From Dehalococcoidia bacterium (GTDB lineage: Bacteria; Chloroflexota; Dehalococcoidia; Bin125): DNA of 64,000 nucleotides. Position 1 is the first letter of the stretch; the number at the start of each line of letters is the position of its first letter. Below, piece by piece: positions 62,324 through 64,000 of this stretch. The translations under genes and the position numbers were made by a program. The DNA lies in the NCBI GenBank assembly GCA_963662615.2, contig CAXXSR010000001.1, positions 320,001 to 384,000 on the forward strand. Reading direction: 5' to 3'. Below the pieces are notes generated by a model. It did not search any database, had not been told where the DNA came from, and saw nothing but the letters and a program-made list of their open reading frames with translations.

Positions 62324-62695
62324 ATGTCGTTGCCGGAGGCGCTGGCGGGGGAGATGTACGGCTACCTCACGACCGTCGGTCGGGTGACGGGGAAGCCGCA
62401 CGAGATCGAGATCTGGTTCGCCACGCAGGACAACGTGCTCTACTTCCTCTCCGGCGCCGGCGATGGTGCCGACTGGGTGCGGAACCTGCGGAAGAGCCCG
62501 TCGGTGGGGGTGCGAATTGGCCAGAGGGAGCTGTCCGGGAGCGCGCGCGTGGTAGCGCCGGAAAGCGATGAGGAGGCGCTGGCGCGACAGCTGCTCCTGG
62601 CGAAGTACCAGCCCGCCTACGGCGGTGACCTGAGCCAGTGGGGCGCTACGGCGCTGCCGGTGGCCGTGGATCTCGATCGGCCGGAGCGGACCTGA
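62324..62695 (+). CDS. deazaflavin (F420)-dependent nitroreductase family protein
   Basis: YLTTVGRVTGKPHEIEIWF, DWVRNLRKSP; RBS GAGGAGG. Confidence 0.82.
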   Translation: MSLPEALAGEMYGYLTTVGRVTGKPHEIEIWFATQDNVLYFLSGAGDGADWVRNLRKSPSVGVRIGQRELSGSARVVAPESDEEALARQLLLAKYQPAYGGDLSQWGATALPVAVDLDRPERT

Positions 62696-62885
62696 CGGCG
62701 GCGCGCGACGATCGCGCCGCGATCAGGGCGCGATGGTACGGGGGCGGGGCGCCGGCCGCGTGGCCTCCTGGATTTGCCGGCCGTAGGGCCTTTCCCCCGA
62801 CTCTCCTGGGCATTGCCCTAGTGGTGGTGAGGCCGTAGCGATCGTACGGTGATTTCGGACCGGTGCCAGTGGGAGGACAGCGCGG

Positions 62886-64000
62886 ATGACCTCTGCAGCG
62901 AAGGCGGGGCGGGACGGCGATCCGTTGGACAGCGCGTTCGAGATTCAGTTTCGCGGGCGGCGTGTGGAGGTTGCGGTGCGCGCGCCTCAAGACGGCGGCG
63001 ATGCCGCGACCGTGGACGAGGTGATGGCGGCGCTAGAGAGCGCACCGCTGGACACGGTCACGAAGGCGCGCGTGGAGGCGGCCGTCCGCAAGGCGAACGG
63101 TGGGGCGGTATCGGTAGGTGAGGTGGAGGCGCCTCCGGGCCTCCTGCGGCCGTGGTTTATTCAGGTCTCCCCGGACGGGCTGGCTGCTTACGTGGTCCCC
63201 GTGTCGCCTGTGGAAGGGGCCGTGCCGCCTGCGGAAAAGAAAAAGGGGACGGCGCAGCCGTCCGCCGATTCGCACGCCGCGATGGAAGAAGACGAGTGGG
63301 CGGAAGCGGAAGCCGAGGTGGAGGACGACGAGGCGCCGGAGGAGCTTGTCTCGGCGGCGCTGCTCGGCGAGATGCTGGCGGAGGCCGGGGTCACCACGGG
63401 CATTCAAGGGGACGTGTTGCAGAGCTTCGAGTCGCCGCGGGCGCTGACCGAAATCTGCTGCCTGGCTCGTGGCCGCGCAGCCACCCCGGGGCGCGACGCC
63501 GAGATCGATTTCGCCTTCGACACGGAGAGCTCGCGCGCAACTGTCCGGCGGGATGACGGGCGCATTGACTATCACGGGGCCATGACGGAGCTCTACGTGG
63601 AGGCGGGCGAGGTCCTGGCGAAGCGGCGGCCGCCGGTGGAGGGGGAGCCCGGCATGGACGTGCGCGGCCGGGCGGTGCCGCCGCCGTCGGTGCGAGAGCG
63701 GGCGCTGGAGCAGATTGTGGGGCGGGGCGCAGAGGTGCGCGCTGACGACACCCTGGTGGCCGTGGAGGCTGGGCGGCCCGTCTCCAAGGCCGGCCATGTG
63801 GAGGTGGTCCCGGTCTACGAGGTTGAGCGCGACCTGAACTACTCCGTTGGCAGCATAGAGTTCAGCGGCGACGTGGTGGTGCGGGGCGACGTGAAGCCCG
63901 ACTTCTGGATCCGCGCGGGGGGCTCTGTGGTGGTGCACGGGATCACCGAGAGCGCCTCAATCACCGCGGGCGAGGATGTGACGCTGGCCGGCGTGGTGGG
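62886..64000 (+). CDS. FapA/DUF342 flagellar assembly protein A family (3' truncated by window edge)
   Basis: Not in ORF track. Manual translation: VSPDGLAAY, DDGRIDY, GEVLAKRRPPVEGEPGMDVRG, DLNYSVGSIEFSGDVVVRGDV; RBS GGGAGG. Confidence 0.82.
   Translation, partial: MTSAAKAGRDGDPLDSAFEIQFRGRRVEVAVRAPQDGGDAATVDEVMAALESAPLDTVTKARVEAAVRKANGGAVSVGEVEAPPGLLRPWFIQVSPDGLAAYVVPVSPVEGAVPPAEKKKGTAQPSADSHAAMEEDEWAEAEAEVEDDEAPEELVSAALLGEMLAEAGVTTGIQGDVLQSFESPRALTEICCLARGRAATPGRDAEIDFAFDTESSRATVRRDDGRIDYHGAMTELYVEAGEVLAKRRPPVEGEPGMDVRGRAVPPPSVRERALEQIVGRGAEVRADDTLVAVEAGRPVSKAGHVEVVPVYEVERDLNYSVGSIEFSGDVVVRGDVKPDFWIRAGGSVVVHGITESASITAGEDVTLAGVV

Noticed and set aside
62818-62844. sigma28 promoter before fapA (CTAG-n15-AGCGATCG)
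   Set aside because: Only the CGAT core matches; too weak to call.

Overview
High-GC bacterial chromosome segment, most likely from a Chloroflexota/Dehalococcoidia-like organism. This assignment is an inference from the short EF-Ts and IF2, the rpsB-tsf-pyrH-frr-uppS-cdsA-dxr-rseP-ispG-proS order, the F420-type oxidoreductase and multiple amidohydrolases. The first ~37 kb is mostly core genes: a SufR-like regulator (partial), clpS, amtB-glnK, a DtxR regulator, fabG-fabD-fabF-fabF-acpP, nusA-ylxR-infB-rbfA-truB, proS, the MEP/translation cluster, dtd, nadABC, nrtR, miaB and tRNA-Ser(GCT). The rest is accessory: a HigB/HigA-metallopeptidase islet, hicBA, sucCD, hydrolases, a K+ channel, HDOD plus ECF sigma, amidohydrolases, an aminotransferase and FapA (partial). 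The most striking unexplained signal is a family of mosaic intergenic repeats: an ~82-bp two-hairpin unit plus a CCCTTCGAC..GCTCAGG REP-like unit with a covarying hairpin. Every copy I found lies in the same orientation over ~42 kb, and a 5x82-bp tandem array splits sucC from sucD. Other highlights are an RseP protease with LysM-like domains, an inverted and divergent ispG, GlnR-like and NrtR boxes, an in-frame MiaB-NrtR fusion, a HicA toxin with an apparent GTA start, a sigma28-like promoter ahead of HDOD-ECF sigma, and a duplicated promoter bracketing a methyltransferase. No CRISPR array, rRNA, integrase or transposase was seen. All calls were made by eye; no searches were run.
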